From the NCBI GenBank assembly GCA_964016885.1, contig OZ024749.1, forward strand, positions 3,906,001 to 3,970,000: DNA of 64,000 bases, written 5' to 3'. This document shows, in pieces, positions 1 through 13,728 of this stretch. Positions within the stretch are counted from its first letter, which is position 1, and each line of letters opens with the position of its first letter. Under the pieces are notes generated by a model. It was not told the origin of the DNA. It saw nothing but the letters and a program-made list of their open reading frames with translations, and made no database searches. The translations under genes and the position numbers were made by a program. This DNA is from Eledone cirrhosa. Lineage: Eukaryota.

Positions 1-65
1 ACTGTCTGCTTTGGTTGTAAGCTTCAGGTATGAAGATCGAACACGGCAGTCATACTATACTTTTA

Positions 66-205
<140 letters not shown>

Positions 206-1109
206 TATCCCGTTTGTATATATATTTCAAGCTTCTTAATGTGAGATCGTGTTTACATCAATATTATAGATTATGCTGTGTTACTGTACATATAAAACAT
301 GCACCTGTGTTACTCTCTATCCTCCCTTCTATTCTTTCCCCTCTTACTTCCTTCTCTTCCCCTATCTCTTCTTAAAAAATTATATATTTCCCGCTTGCAA
401 CATTTTATCGATTTAAATAATGCTGAAGCTTGCTTTAGAATGTATTATTATTATCAGTAAATTCTATTTTTATTTCTGCAGTTTTCTAAATGTGAAATCC
501 TTTAAATATGTCTCCATTAAAACAAATATTTAGTTTATTAATTAATTAATTAATAAGATACTATTTTACCGGCAGATATACACATTTGTACACACACATA
601 TCCATAGATAGACAGGCAATCACATGTATACTGAGTGAGGCAAACACACGCGGGCTGCAAGATAATCATTGTGACCCAGTTCATAGTTATATCTTTTCCC
701 AATTTTAAGGTGTATTTACTTGTTATCTTCATGAGCAGCTTGTTTCGTTGATGAAACGACTGCGCATCATATTTATTTCTTCAATTTTAATAAAATCCAA
801 AAATGAAGTTGATTCTCAAATAATATGTTATCCATTTGCTTCTACTTCAGTGTAAACACTGGGTTATTATTTGTGTCATATCACATTACATTTCAAACCT
901 GACATATTAATTATGTCTGGGAAATATCAACCACAATTGTATTTAGTTAACCTTCTTGTTATCAAATTAATTAGTAGAATTATTATAATGTTTACATCAT
1001 TTATATCATGTATATATAATTGAATCACAAAATACTATTAGAGATTTTATTGTGAATATATTCAATAATTTCTATTGAGTTGAATGTATCTACTCTAACG
1101 CACGTACAG

Positions 1110-1140
<31 letters not shown>

Positions 1141-1439
1141 TAATATATATATATTACTGCACTCTAAAATAGTCATGTCCATATTTGGGGAAATGCGTAT
1201 AAATTTCTATAGATTGAAATATACCTACTCTAATGTACATATACTATATTCTAATATAGGTATGTCTACATTTGGGGGAATGAGTATAGATGTAATCAGC
1301 CCAAATCGGTAACTAGGATTATTTCTACAGATTTTGGATGTATGAATGTAATATTGTGGTTTTCAACTTATATATATATATGCATACATATACATCGGTG
1401 TGAAAATTAATCATAAACAATCTCAATTATATTTACCGC

Positions 1440-2240
1440 AGTACATCAAGGACAAAAGCCAAGCTAAAAATGATATCATCGTTAATATGATTGCAAGAGT
1501 TTATTAAAAAAAACATCTAGGATGAGAATCACATTAAGCTAGAAATTTCGAATGTGACTATTATTTTAACAATGGGAATAGTTAAAGAATTATAATCGAT
1601 AGAATATTTTGTTATATAGAATATAACGGTATACACTCCCAAAGTTTAAAATGAAATAATTAAGAAAAAATACAAAGAATATATTCGCAGACAATCTGAA
1701 CTAACACAGACTTAATGGAAACAGATGCGAAAATCAATATCAAAAGAATGAATCAAATAGTCTTTGCTACAACTGCCATGCTTACGATAGAATTTGGGAA
1801 CTGGTGGTTTTTATATTTAATTTTTTTATTTTTAGAAGCATGTAGTTCCACAAAGATAATGAGGGAAATAAGAAAAGAAAAAATGTGTATAAACACCGAA
1901 CGTAATACTAAGGAATTCCTCCTTTATTAATGAAATTCTCAATAAGACGACATGAATCATTGAGAAATGGAGAAGAATAAGAAAGACCATCTTTCGGAAA
2001 TCTGTGTATAAAAACAATATAGAAACCAGACCGAAGTAATGCAAATACTAAGAGAGAAGGTTTCTCTATGTAATGAGGATAGGAAGTGGATGGGTGTTAA
2101 TTCTGGTGTAAAACAGAAAGAAGAGCGTCATTGGGTTTAAATCATTGACCGCATATTGTATGCCAGGAAAACTGAGTGACAGCCTAAGCCAAAAGCAACA
2201 CATCTTAATCTTCAAAGAAGATAAAACATCAAATTTGATC
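1440..2240 (+). mobile_element. Possible highly decayed R4/Dong-like LINE ORF remnant
   Basis: A-rich coding-like strand. MNQIVFATTA resembles LNHLYYASA in the Dong-like ORF at 59680+. Many stops. Confidence 0.25.
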
Positions 2241-5200
2241 TTAGTCTACTTTTCTCGAGCCACAGATATTTGGAAAATGGAATGATAGAGAGAAATTTAT
2301 ATTTTAAAAAGCTGGTTGATTCGAATACTTGTAATATAATGAACCCTGCTACGGACCAGATAGTATTGCTGAACCAAATGAATGATATCCTCTACTTCCG
2401 ATTCAGTAGTCCATAGAAGGATCAGAACTGAGAATGCTTAGAATCAAAACAAATACCACAAGTCATATATTTCGAAGCATTAAGAATTCTACCACTCAAA
2501 ACTGGTACTTTATTTCCTAAAGATCGAAGGTTGAAAGTCAAAGTTAAGCTGCGGTTATTTAGAACTCGAAGATCAGAGAAATGTAGTAGATAATGCAAGT
2601 GTTTTGGCCCACAGAATAAAGAAGCTTCCTCATTCTCCTCGTCATTAGTTGGTACACTGATTTTTCGACGCTACAACATTCATTCGTCTAATCTAATACG
2701 AAAGAGTATGAGCGACTGCTATAATTTTGATCATAGGGGATTAGAACTCGCAGAGCCAATCCGACACTCATACTACCTTGACAGTTGGCAGTGTGCTCAG
2801 TGCATTACATGTCGATAGTTCTGGATTGATAATTAAACCCCGACTCGAAAATGAAATGATATCAACAGCTACAATAATTCTGATCATATGCATGCGTGAG
2901 ATTACCATGGGTTAAACGACAGCAACAACAATAATAACCACTCAACATATTAGTTCACCAAAATTGTCAATGGATTTGTCCAATCAATCACGGGTAACTT
3001 TCATCATAAAAGATCAAGCAGATAACATCATTTTAGTGCATGAATGTGTGGAATAAATATAGATTCTTCTTACTACCAAGGGGGCGTTATAACTGATAGA
3101 GCAAAAAGGAGAGAAACCATTGAGGTTCATTTTACTTTTTTATGTTTCGTAGAATGGACAATGGAAAATGTAGTTTTGAAAGGTATATAGAGGATTAAAA
3201 ACAACCGCATTGAAAGCATCAATCGCTATTTCAACTAAGTGTATCGTTATTTGATCGAGCATTGGGAGTATGATCAGAAAAATATACCCAGAAATGATTT
3301 TAGTGCGGAAGATAAAGAGCAAAATAAGATCATAAACTATAATGGATTTCCTACTCACCCCCGTCAATCTTGTAATGTTTCTTTCAATTGTATACATTGC
3401 ACACTATAAAGAACATTGTCCTATGTAGGAGCTTTATTTATTTTTTCTTATCGAGTCCATTTTATATATTGTATATTCAGCTACACTGTTTTGCAGCACA
3501 AACTGAACACAGTTCATTGTATCTCCATTGTATTTTGCAAGGTCAGCAGAATTGCATGGGGAGTTCACAACATGCACTGTGTAATGAAAAGTAAAAACCA
3601 GCAATAATAGCTGTAATAATAGTAATACTAATGATAATAACAATAATATTAATAAAAATAATATTAATGGCAACTACAACAATGATAACAATAATGATTT
3701 GTTTATTTATATATTTATTTGTTATATTATGAATGGTGGGAAGTCGTTTGAATCCACCCTAGTATTTGATAGGTACTATATTCCATCTACCCTCCAATGA
3801 GGATAGGCAAATTTAGAATATAAAGAGCCGGGGTATATAACTTAGGTTATTTCATTGGCACAAGCCCAATTATTTGCTGTAGGGAAAAATTCATTTATAT
3901 TGAACACTCTATATAACTAGTGATATAATTGATCAATCCTTGGAGAGATGAGAGACTAAATTGACCCCAACGTGAAGCACTGAAACAAATACTGCCAATC
4001 CGTCAACCTAACGGGAAGCACATAGACGTTTCACTTTATGAAGTAACCACTGATTGTGGGCTTGCAAGTATGTGATTGATTTAGGGATGATACTATATCT
4101 GCATGGTTTATTGGTGAAGGCGCTCGTGGTTTGAAATACTTAGATTAGTTACTTATGTAAAGAAATGTAACGTACCTAATTTATTTTAATTAGCTTTTCA
4201 TGTGAAGGGTCAACACTCCATGTATCATTTTCTACAAAGTCTTTTACGATAGGGTTCCTTTAGATTAGGTGTGATTGAGTCATGCATGAGGTGGTGATGT
4301 TTGGTCATTCTCTCAAATATACACATATATACACCAGGTCCGAATAGAATAGAACCAAACTCCCACTGTCACTACCTCAGTCTCTCCCGTTCTCTCTATA
4401 TCTCAATATTGTCAGCAAATGCGGCCCACGCTCTGTATGCCCTGCGGACAGAATACATAAAGCGTTTCCAGAAAGGATGTTGACGGAGACTCGTTTGAAG
4501 AGCCATTCTAGTTTGTGAGGCTCATACCTTCGGGTAGCCAACTCTGTGCCTATGGTGGTGAATAGGGAGTTGGTCCTAGAGCCAAGTTTAATTACGTACA
4601 TGTAACTGATTTCTGGGGTCAGAGTCGAATCTATTAAGTGTGGATAGGGTAATGGATTGGCGGACACACTAGAAGGTCGGAAAAGACAGTTGCATCATTT
4701 GCTTCTGCTCTTAATGTTCTGAGTTTAAATCGCAAACACAACAACTTTGCCGTTCATCCTTTCAAGGGGTGATAGATTTGCATATAAAACACCCGGTATC
4801 TTAATAACATTACTAGTCATATATTCCAACTCATTCAATTACTTAGAATTAGTACTGAATGTGTCGTTTGCGCCTATGTTAAATCTCGGTAGTATTGATG
4901 TTCCAAACAATGACGGCTTTACATATTTCACCACCAGTGTGTGTATGGTTAATAAGGGTATCGGGAAGGGAGCAAGCTGGCATTGTTTTCTACATAATTC
5001 TCTAGTGTGATGCTAAGGAGAATGAGGGAGGAAAAATAATACCCAAGCACGTATAATTAAGTATTTAGCGGTTATTGATTTCTAATTTAAGCATGAAGTG
5101 GCAGATTTATAGAGAAATAAGCTATGGTATACTATGAATATTGCTGTAATGGTTCCACTCATCGGAGACCGGAAATAATGATGCGCAGCAACCAACCACC

Positions 5201-5355
5201 ACCTACCCCAACACCACCAGCACCACCACCGCAGATTTAGCGAAATGGGATACACTCTGTACAATTAGAAATCTCTTCAAGCATGATACTATGTAGACTG
5301 CAAACACACTCACACACGCACACACACTCACAGACAAACACACACATACAGACAG

Positions 5356-5400
<45 letters not shown>

Positions 5401-5519
5401 CGTGTGCGTGTATTTGTATATATTCATATATGTATATGCATATATATATATATATATATTATGGAATTCTGTTGGCTTCTTGCTACAATAATTTCTATAC
5501 TTTTCATTTATATATATAT

Positions 5520-5599
<80 letters not shown>

Positions 5600-5655
5600 C
5601 ATATACATATATATAGATATAGATGTACACATGTATTTATGTATATATATATAAA

Positions 5656-5727
<72 letters not shown>

Positions 5728-5791
5728 CATACATATATATATAGATATAGATGTACACATGTGTTTATGTATATATATATAAATATATATA

Positions 5792-5952
<161 letters not shown>

Positions 5953-7621
5953 CCCAAATTAAGAAAATCCCCTGTGATTGTTTCATATGTTTATTTATAT
6001 GTTAATCAATTTCTAGTTGTTATATATATATATATGTATATAATTTCTTCTAAGATGTGCAACATTTAATCAGTGTTCTGTCATCTAATTAACACCACGC
6101 CGTTAATGAATTGGTGTACACATTGCTGTGCTTATACAAACTCTTCTGCGCAGGATGCATACAGACAAATGCACATTACACAAGGCATTGTAATAAGGTT
6201 TAAATATAAGGCTATTGTATAGGTAATTATGCAAGCAATGCGTATAATGCAAGCATATAATCCATTTGATTCTCTAAGATATGTCGGTGTTATTCAGAAT
6301 CGTGATGGAATACCTTTCGATTATAATAATTTGTTTCCGCAAGCACAAATCTATTATATAACACTAAGTAATATACCGTGATCGATTGAATGAATTGAAG
6401 TGCAATACGTCCTACGTATTTATCGATATCGGTCATATGAATGGAAACAGAGACTGCCCAGGTTGCTTTTTAACTCTTAGAAGAGGATGATGTAACTTAT
6501 TATTGCAATGAATTCTCAATAGGCCGACGACACGTTTGTAATGTCATACGTTCTCATTTAATTTAAATTTAGCGTGATCGTAATAGAATTAGTTCACGAA
6601 TGTTCGAAGTTGGAATGATTCAGTCACGACCACTATCCCATGAGAAACCCTTGACTCAGAAGACTAACTTAACAAAACGCACGCAAGTTATAGCCATAAG
6701 TACATTGTTCAGTAATAAATTACTTTACATTATGTTCAATATTATCACTTATAGACTTTAGAATATGTTTGTTTCCCGAAAGAATACGGGCGATGATAAA
6801 AGCATGCGATGTGCTGATATCTGTTGCCATATTTTAAACTTGATACTTAACACATGGAATCGAACCAACGAGGTGTCATCTACATGGCTGAACAACGAGA
6901 TGGAATTAGCAGCGTTATATTGCTCAAGTGAAGACATATATCTAACACATATATGTTGATACAATACATAATTTACTATTTAAGAAATATAAAAGTATTC
7001 AATAGTTAGGGGTGAAATACTTCTAATTAGTCGTGTGTGGTGGCTTAAACATAAGGTGTTGGCGGTAGAAGGCTCATTCTTCTGGTTCCTAGTAGGAAAG
7101 ATACGAAAAAGAGTAAAGTAATTTCAGATATAATACATGTGATATCAGCCCTTTTACAGAAGACGATTTTCGCTAGACATGTTGGTGTCGACAATAGAAG
7201 GGACTCAAGTTTAATCTAAGAAACACCACCGTTATATTTTTATCTAGTAATTTTTTTTACCACTCAAACAACCAAGCAGTCATTGGAGCTCTACCGACTC
7301 ATACGGTATCTGTTACCGCTTGCCGGTATTTATTTGTGTCGATATGATAGAGATCCAGCCTGGTCGCAGGTTAATGAATTAAAACTGCAAACAAATAAAA
7401 AAATAAATCAATATGAGAGGGAAAGAGAGGGAGTTAGTTAAGGAACGTAAATTAAATAATGTTTAACTCTGTAAACATTGAAACGTAGTGTGATACACAA
7501 CGATTGTTGTTTTTAGAAGTAGTAACGTCAGAGAGTTGATTGAAAGGATCAAATATGTCTGAATCTCTGGTCTGTCTTGAGAAGATCAACAATGATATCC
7601 TTGTCTCAATACCTAAAGTGG

Positions 7622-9216
7622 TTGTATGACTGTGTCACAGCTGCTAGTGTGACTGTGTAACATCTGCTAGTATGATTGTGTCACAGCTGATTGTATGACT
7701 GTGTAACAGCTGCTAGTATGACGGTGTCACATCTGCTAGTATGACTGTGTCACAACTGCTAGTATGACTGTTTAACAGCTGCTAGTATGAGTGTGTAACA
7801 TCTGCTAGTATGACTGAGTCACAGCTGTTAGTATGATTGTGTAGCAGCTGCTAGTATGACTGTGTCACAGCAGATGGTATGACTGTCACATCTGCTAGTA
7901 TGACTGTCACAGATGATAGTATGACTATCACAGCTGCTAGTATGAATGTGTCACAGCTGCTAGTATGACTGTGTAACAGATGATAGTATGGCTGTCACAG
8001 TTACTAGTATGACTGTCACAACTGCTAGTGTGACTGTGTAACAGTTGCTAGTATGACTGTGTCACAATTGCTACTATGACTGTGTAAAAGCTGCTAATAC
8101 GACTGCGTCACAACTGCTAGTATGACTGTGTAACAGCTGCTAGCATGACTGCGTAACAGTTGCTATTATGACTGTCACAGTTGCTAGTATGACTGTGTAA
8201 CATCTGCTAGTATGAATGTGTCACATCTGCTAGTATGACAGTTTAACAGCTGCTAGTATGACTGTGTAAAATATGCTAGTATGACTGTTTCACAGCTTCT
8301 AGTATCACTGTGTGACAGGTGCAATTATCACTGTGTCACAGCTGCTAGTATCACTATGTCACAGGTGCAATTATCACTGTGTCACAGCTGCTAGTATCAC
8401 TGTGTCACAGGTGCAATTATCACTGTGTCACAGCTGCTAGTATCACTGTGTCACAGGTGCAATTATCACTGTGTCACAGCTGCTAGTATCACTGTGTCAC
8501 AGCTGCTAGTATGGCTGTGTAACAGCTTATAGTATGCGTGTGTCAAAGCTGCTAGTATGACTGTAGCACAGCTGCTAGTATGACTGTGTCACAGCTGCTA
8601 GTATGGCTGTGTAACAGCTGATAGTATGACTGGGTCACAGCTGGTAGTATGACTGTGTCACAACTGGTAGTATGACTGTGTCACAGCTGATAGTATGACT
8701 GTTTAACAGCTGCTAGTATGACTGTGTCACGGCTGCTAGTATGACTGTGCCACAGCTGGTAGTATGACTGTATCACAGCTGCTAGTATGACTGTGTCACA
8801 GCTGCTAGTATGACTGTGTAACAGCTGCTAGTATGACTGTGTCACAGCTGGTAGTATGACTGTGTAACAGCTGGTAGTATGATTGTGTCACAGCTGCTAG
8901 TATGACTGTGTAACATCTGGTAGTTTGACTGTGTCACCGCTGCTAGGATGATTGTGTAACTGCTGCTAGTATCACTGTGTAACACCTCATAGTATGACTG
9001 TAACATCTGCTAGTATAACTGCGTCACAGCTGCTAGTATGACTGTGTCACAGCTGCTAGTATGACTGTGCCACAGCTGCTAGTATGACTGTGTCACCGCT
9101 GCTATTATGACTGTGTAACATCTGGTAGTATGACTGTGTCACAGCTACTAGGATAACTGCGTAACTGCTGCTAGTATGATTGTGTCACAGCTGCTAGTAT
9201 GACTGTGTCACAGCTG
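7622..9216. repeat. 23-bp tandem satellite (GTATGACTGTGTCACAGCTGCTA)n, about 70 units, with 21-bp deletion variants
   Basis: Direct reading. The unit contains the inverted repeat CTGTG-T-CACAG. Confidence 0.97.
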
Positions 9217-9245
9217 TAATCCTTTGTTTGAAGCTGTGTGTGAGT

Positions 9246-9295
<50 letters not shown>

Positions 9296-9704
9296 ATTTG
9301 TATATGCGTGTATGTGTATGTGTGTGTGCGTGTGTGAGAGATCGAGTGTGTGAGTGTGTGTAAGTGCGTATAGACACATAGACACGTATGTGTACAAATC
9401 ATTTTTCCTATACTCGTTCCTTTCACTGCAAACGAAGTCCTGGCATTTCGCTATTTCTGTAAAGTCACAAAAATAATTTACATTGAAAATAAGCAAGAAA
9501 ATAAATTAAAACTACAGCACAATTTAACTGAAGCCAAAATACTACAGAAAAAGCAATGTATACGTTCACAAAATATCTTGCAAAAGTGATAGCATAAACA
9601 TTGGTTCGAAAATACCTGAAAAACTAAATTCGCGTCTTAATTTTTTTATAAAAAAAAATACTGCCAAAACATTATATATATATATATATAGATAGAGAGA
9701 GAGA

Positions 9705-9780
<76 letters not shown>

Positions 9781-9899
9781 CTAAAACAAACAACCTCTAC
9801 TGTAATGCTTAAGCAGCCGTGAAGCTTCTAATTAGTAGAATGATTAATATTTCTTGAAATAATTAGAATATTCCTTGTTAATGAATTCTCTCTCTGTAT

Positions 9900-9937
<38 letters not shown>

Positions 9938-9995
9938 ACTCTTTGTCTCCCAGGCACACGTACATAGAAGTATGTACACATATATGTTACAAACG

Positions 9996-10082
<87 letters not shown>

Positions 10083-10083
10083 T

Positions 10084-10148
<65 letters not shown>

Positions 10149-10149
10149 T

Positions 10150-10198
<49 letters not shown>

Positions 10199-10199
10199 T

Positions 10200-10231
<32 letters not shown>

Positions 10232-10253
10232 TAAATTTATATATATATATGTA

Positions 10254-10292
<39 letters not shown>

Positions 10293-11555
10293 GTGTATGT
10301 GTGTGTGTGTGTATGTGTATGTTGTATTTTGGGAGTGATTTTCTTGTTGCATTCTAGGTAAGATTGAAGTATTTTTCCTTTACCTTCTCTCCTCGCAATT
10401 AGTGATTCTTCTAACAATCTATTTTGTTGGAGCTGCTATTATTGTTCTGAAATTAGCAATTAATAAATCAGTGAGAAAAAGAAAGTTATGTCTTCTGTCT
10501 CTCACTTTACTTCTCACTCTCTCACTCTGTCCATCTCTTTCTCTCCCCCTCTCCCTCTATCTCTCTCCCTGTGTCCCGTTCTCTCTCTCCCACTCTCTCT
10601 CTCACTCTTTCCATTCCCTCCGTATCCCTCTCTCCTCTCTCTCTCTCTCTCGCTCACGCTGTCCCTGTCTCATTCTCTCATTTTACCTCTCTCTCCCTCT
10701 CTTTCGGACTTACTCTCTCTTTATGTCTCTCTCTCTCTCTATCTATCTCTCTCTCTCTCTCTCTCTGTCACTATCTATATCTGCCTCTCTCTCTCTGTCA
10801 CTATCTCTCTCCCTCTCTCTCTATGTCACTAACTCTCTCTCTCTGTCTGTCATTATATATCTCCCTCTCTTTGTCACTATATATCTATCACCCTCCCCCT
10901 CTTTCTCTCATCCTATAACTCCTAACCATTCCCTCTCTCTCTCTCTCTCTCACTCATTCTACTTGTTGTTCGACGGGTGTATGTTTGCTATTTGTTCCTT
11001 CTTCTTTTATGACTTCCTCCATTTCTCCATACCTACTCGTCTATAATTTATTTTCTTGCTAAGTTTATTTGTTTTAGCTAACAATATCACAACAAACATC
11101 AATTTCGCAAAGTTAAACAATAACAAATAAAAAAATAAAAAAAAAACAATCAGAAGAAAACACCTTCAAAAAATCTAAACAAACGAAAAGCGTTTTTGTT
11201 TTTGTTGTTGTTGTACTTTATTTCCAATTGTAGTCTAGAAAACAAAATAGAATAATTGAAATGAGAAGAAAACTAAAGACGTTTGCCGGAGGGGAAATTC
11301 ATTTTAGACTTTTCCTACTCAGTTATGTTAACTATTACCGCGATCACCATGTAAAGTGTTTACCTACTATCTACTATTCGGCCACATGATTACAATGTAA
11401 ATGCTTAAAAACAAACAAAAAATAATGCATTGTATGACACGAAAATACATGTATCTACTTTATATACACATAGACACACAGACAGACACAAACACACACA
11501 CTCAGATAGACACAAACACACACACACACACATACACACACGCATATATATATAA

Positions 11556-11638
<83 letters not shown>

Positions 11639-11824
11639 TAAACGGAATAGAAAATGCTGACAAATTGTTCACAGTGAAAAATAGTTTAATTAGGAATAAA
11701 TGAGAATTAGTAATTGTATTGGTTAGTATTCAGTTTTGGTTTTAAGTTTTACCGGATGCGCATTTCTAAATGCTTTTCAAAAATAATTTTGAGATAGAGC
11801 GTCCGTGATGTTTGCTCTGATCTG

Positions 11825-11877
<53 letters not shown>

Positions 11878-11933
11878 GCATATATACGCATATATATACG
11901 CATATATATATGTCATATCTGTACATATATGTG

Positions 11934-11984
<51 letters not shown>

Positions 11985-12050
11985 AATATTGACATACCCG
12001 AAAAAAAAGACACCCTTAACGGTTGGAGCTTCCTGTATAGTCATATTTAA

Positions 12051-12142
<92 letters not shown>

Positions 12143-12224
12143 GTTAAACAAGGTTCAATGAATAAATCAAAGAATTAGTTTTATAATAGATTGGATCCTT
12201 GTCAGGGTATGTCATGCATCATCT

Positions 12225-12291
12225 TATTTTATCGGATGAGGACGTACTGTTGAAGTTAGCTCAGTAGCTCTGAAATATGTATAATAAAATA
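12225..12291 (+). ncRNA. Degenerate type I hammerhead ribozyme (core CGGATGA)
   Basis: TATTTTAT-cggatga-stem II-GAAA-TATGTA-TA-ATAAAATA: 8-bp stem I and one core substitution. It lies in a ~200-bp island between (TA)n tracts. Confidence 0.7.
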
Positions 12292-12337
12292 TACTTGATC
12301 ACAAGAGTTCTATTTTTGTTAATATGTTGAATTCATA

Positions 12338-12410
<73 letters not shown>

Positions 12411-12978
12411 TCGAATTGGTGCTCTGAAATACCGATATATGAATGTATATAGAGTGTATTTTGCAATACACCCCATGTTTAATTAAAAGCATTTCGAAGA
12501 CTATACGCTATTGTTTTAAAGTAGTGACAGTTTCACTTACTTTAAATGTTCAGCAAACAGGGGAGATAAAGCTGACAGTGCTCCGTTTCGTACTTGTTGG
12601 TACTTATCAAAGCTAAATACTCCACCTGTTTGCAGAAAATCATGTCATGAATGTTTGACTGTTATAGAAATCTAGTAATAATCAGGAACTGATTATATAG
12701 AGCGGTTGCCGGTCAAGCAGAAATTGAAAATTAGAATTGGTGCTCTGAAATAGCGATATATATATATGAATGTATATATAGTGTATTTTGGAATACACTG
12801 TATGCTTAATTAAAAGCATTTCGAAGACCTTACGCTATTGTTTTAGAGTAGTGACAGTCTCACTCACTTTAAATGTTCAGCACACAGGGGAGATAAAGCT
12901 GACAGAGCTCTGTCAATTTTATCTCCCCTGTTTGCTGAAAATTGAAGTAAGTGAGATTGTCACTACTCTAAAACAATA
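12411..12978 (-). mobile_element. Non-coding retrozyme/PLE-like unit: partial tandem (~327-nt period) plus terminal fold-back
   Basis: 12413-12579 repeats at 12734-12905. 12836-12978 is a palindrome centred on GACAGAG|CTCTGTC. A related copy lies at ~19415-19670. Confidence 0.75.
12570..12614 (-). ncRNA. Type I hammerhead ribozyme, U3:A8 variant core
   Basis: Minus strand: AGCT-TTGATAA-GTAC caacaa GTAC-GAAAC-GGagcaCT-GTC^AGCT. Stem I extends further (GCAAACAGG/CCTGTTTGC). Confidence 0.85.
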
Positions 12979-13728
12979 TTTATAAAGAGAGCCAAAAGTT
13001 GAGCAATTAATTGAAATGTAATTGTAAAAAAAAGTTTAACAAAATGGGTGTACAGTGACATGATTGAGTGAAATAAACGGCAACATAAAAACAATTCTTG
13101 GGGTAGCTTGAGTTAATTGACGTAAATGATTTCAGGTCAGCCTTGCTGTAGTAGGTATGAGTAAGGGGATAAAGATGGAATAGACGCACCGTATGTCCTT
13201 CAGTAGACTAAACCCTATGCGTAAGATGGCGCTGCCACTACCACGTTGACCTTGTAGTGGACATAGAAATATCATTCCTTGAAGCAACTATTCCCCCTCG
13301 ACGCCTGATAATGAGCAAAAAGTTTAAGTTAATCAAAACGAAGACACTGTTGCCGAGAATGTTGCTGCACGATTTTCAGAGGCCATAGCGAGTCAGACTG
13401 CTAGGTTAGGGGCCATATCAAGTCAAACTGCTAGGCTAAGGGCCAAATTGCAAGTAAGCGATGACATAGAATGCATTTTAAGGCAATCATTTTCGCAATG
13501 GTCATTGTTGTAACATAAAAAGGTGTTATATAATGAACTAAGAAGCAGAAAGAAGAACTCTGCCTGCCCTAACTGGTTATTCCAACCGGTTTCATGTTAA
13601 TAACATGGTAATTGTGACATGCCTAAAATGCTATCCGGTTCTATCCGTTCATGTACGTGTGCTAGTCATGAGTGGCTGGGTGTGTTTATTGTGAGTATGA
13701 AGAACGAAAACCAAACAAACGGCATGAA

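Noticed and set aside
418-519. HHR-like TAATG-CTGAAGC...GAAA...CATTA
   Set aside because: A9 is missing and stem III/cleavage geometry is irregular. It may be a very decayed copy but cannot be supported.
6758-6964. Short non-repetitive ORFs (also 42634-43138 and 44259-44453) as host exons
   Set aside because: No recognisable domain or consistent splice-site and frame support.
7622-9216. CRISPR-like array
   Set aside because: The units are contiguous with no unique spacers, there are no cas genes, and the context is eukaryotic.
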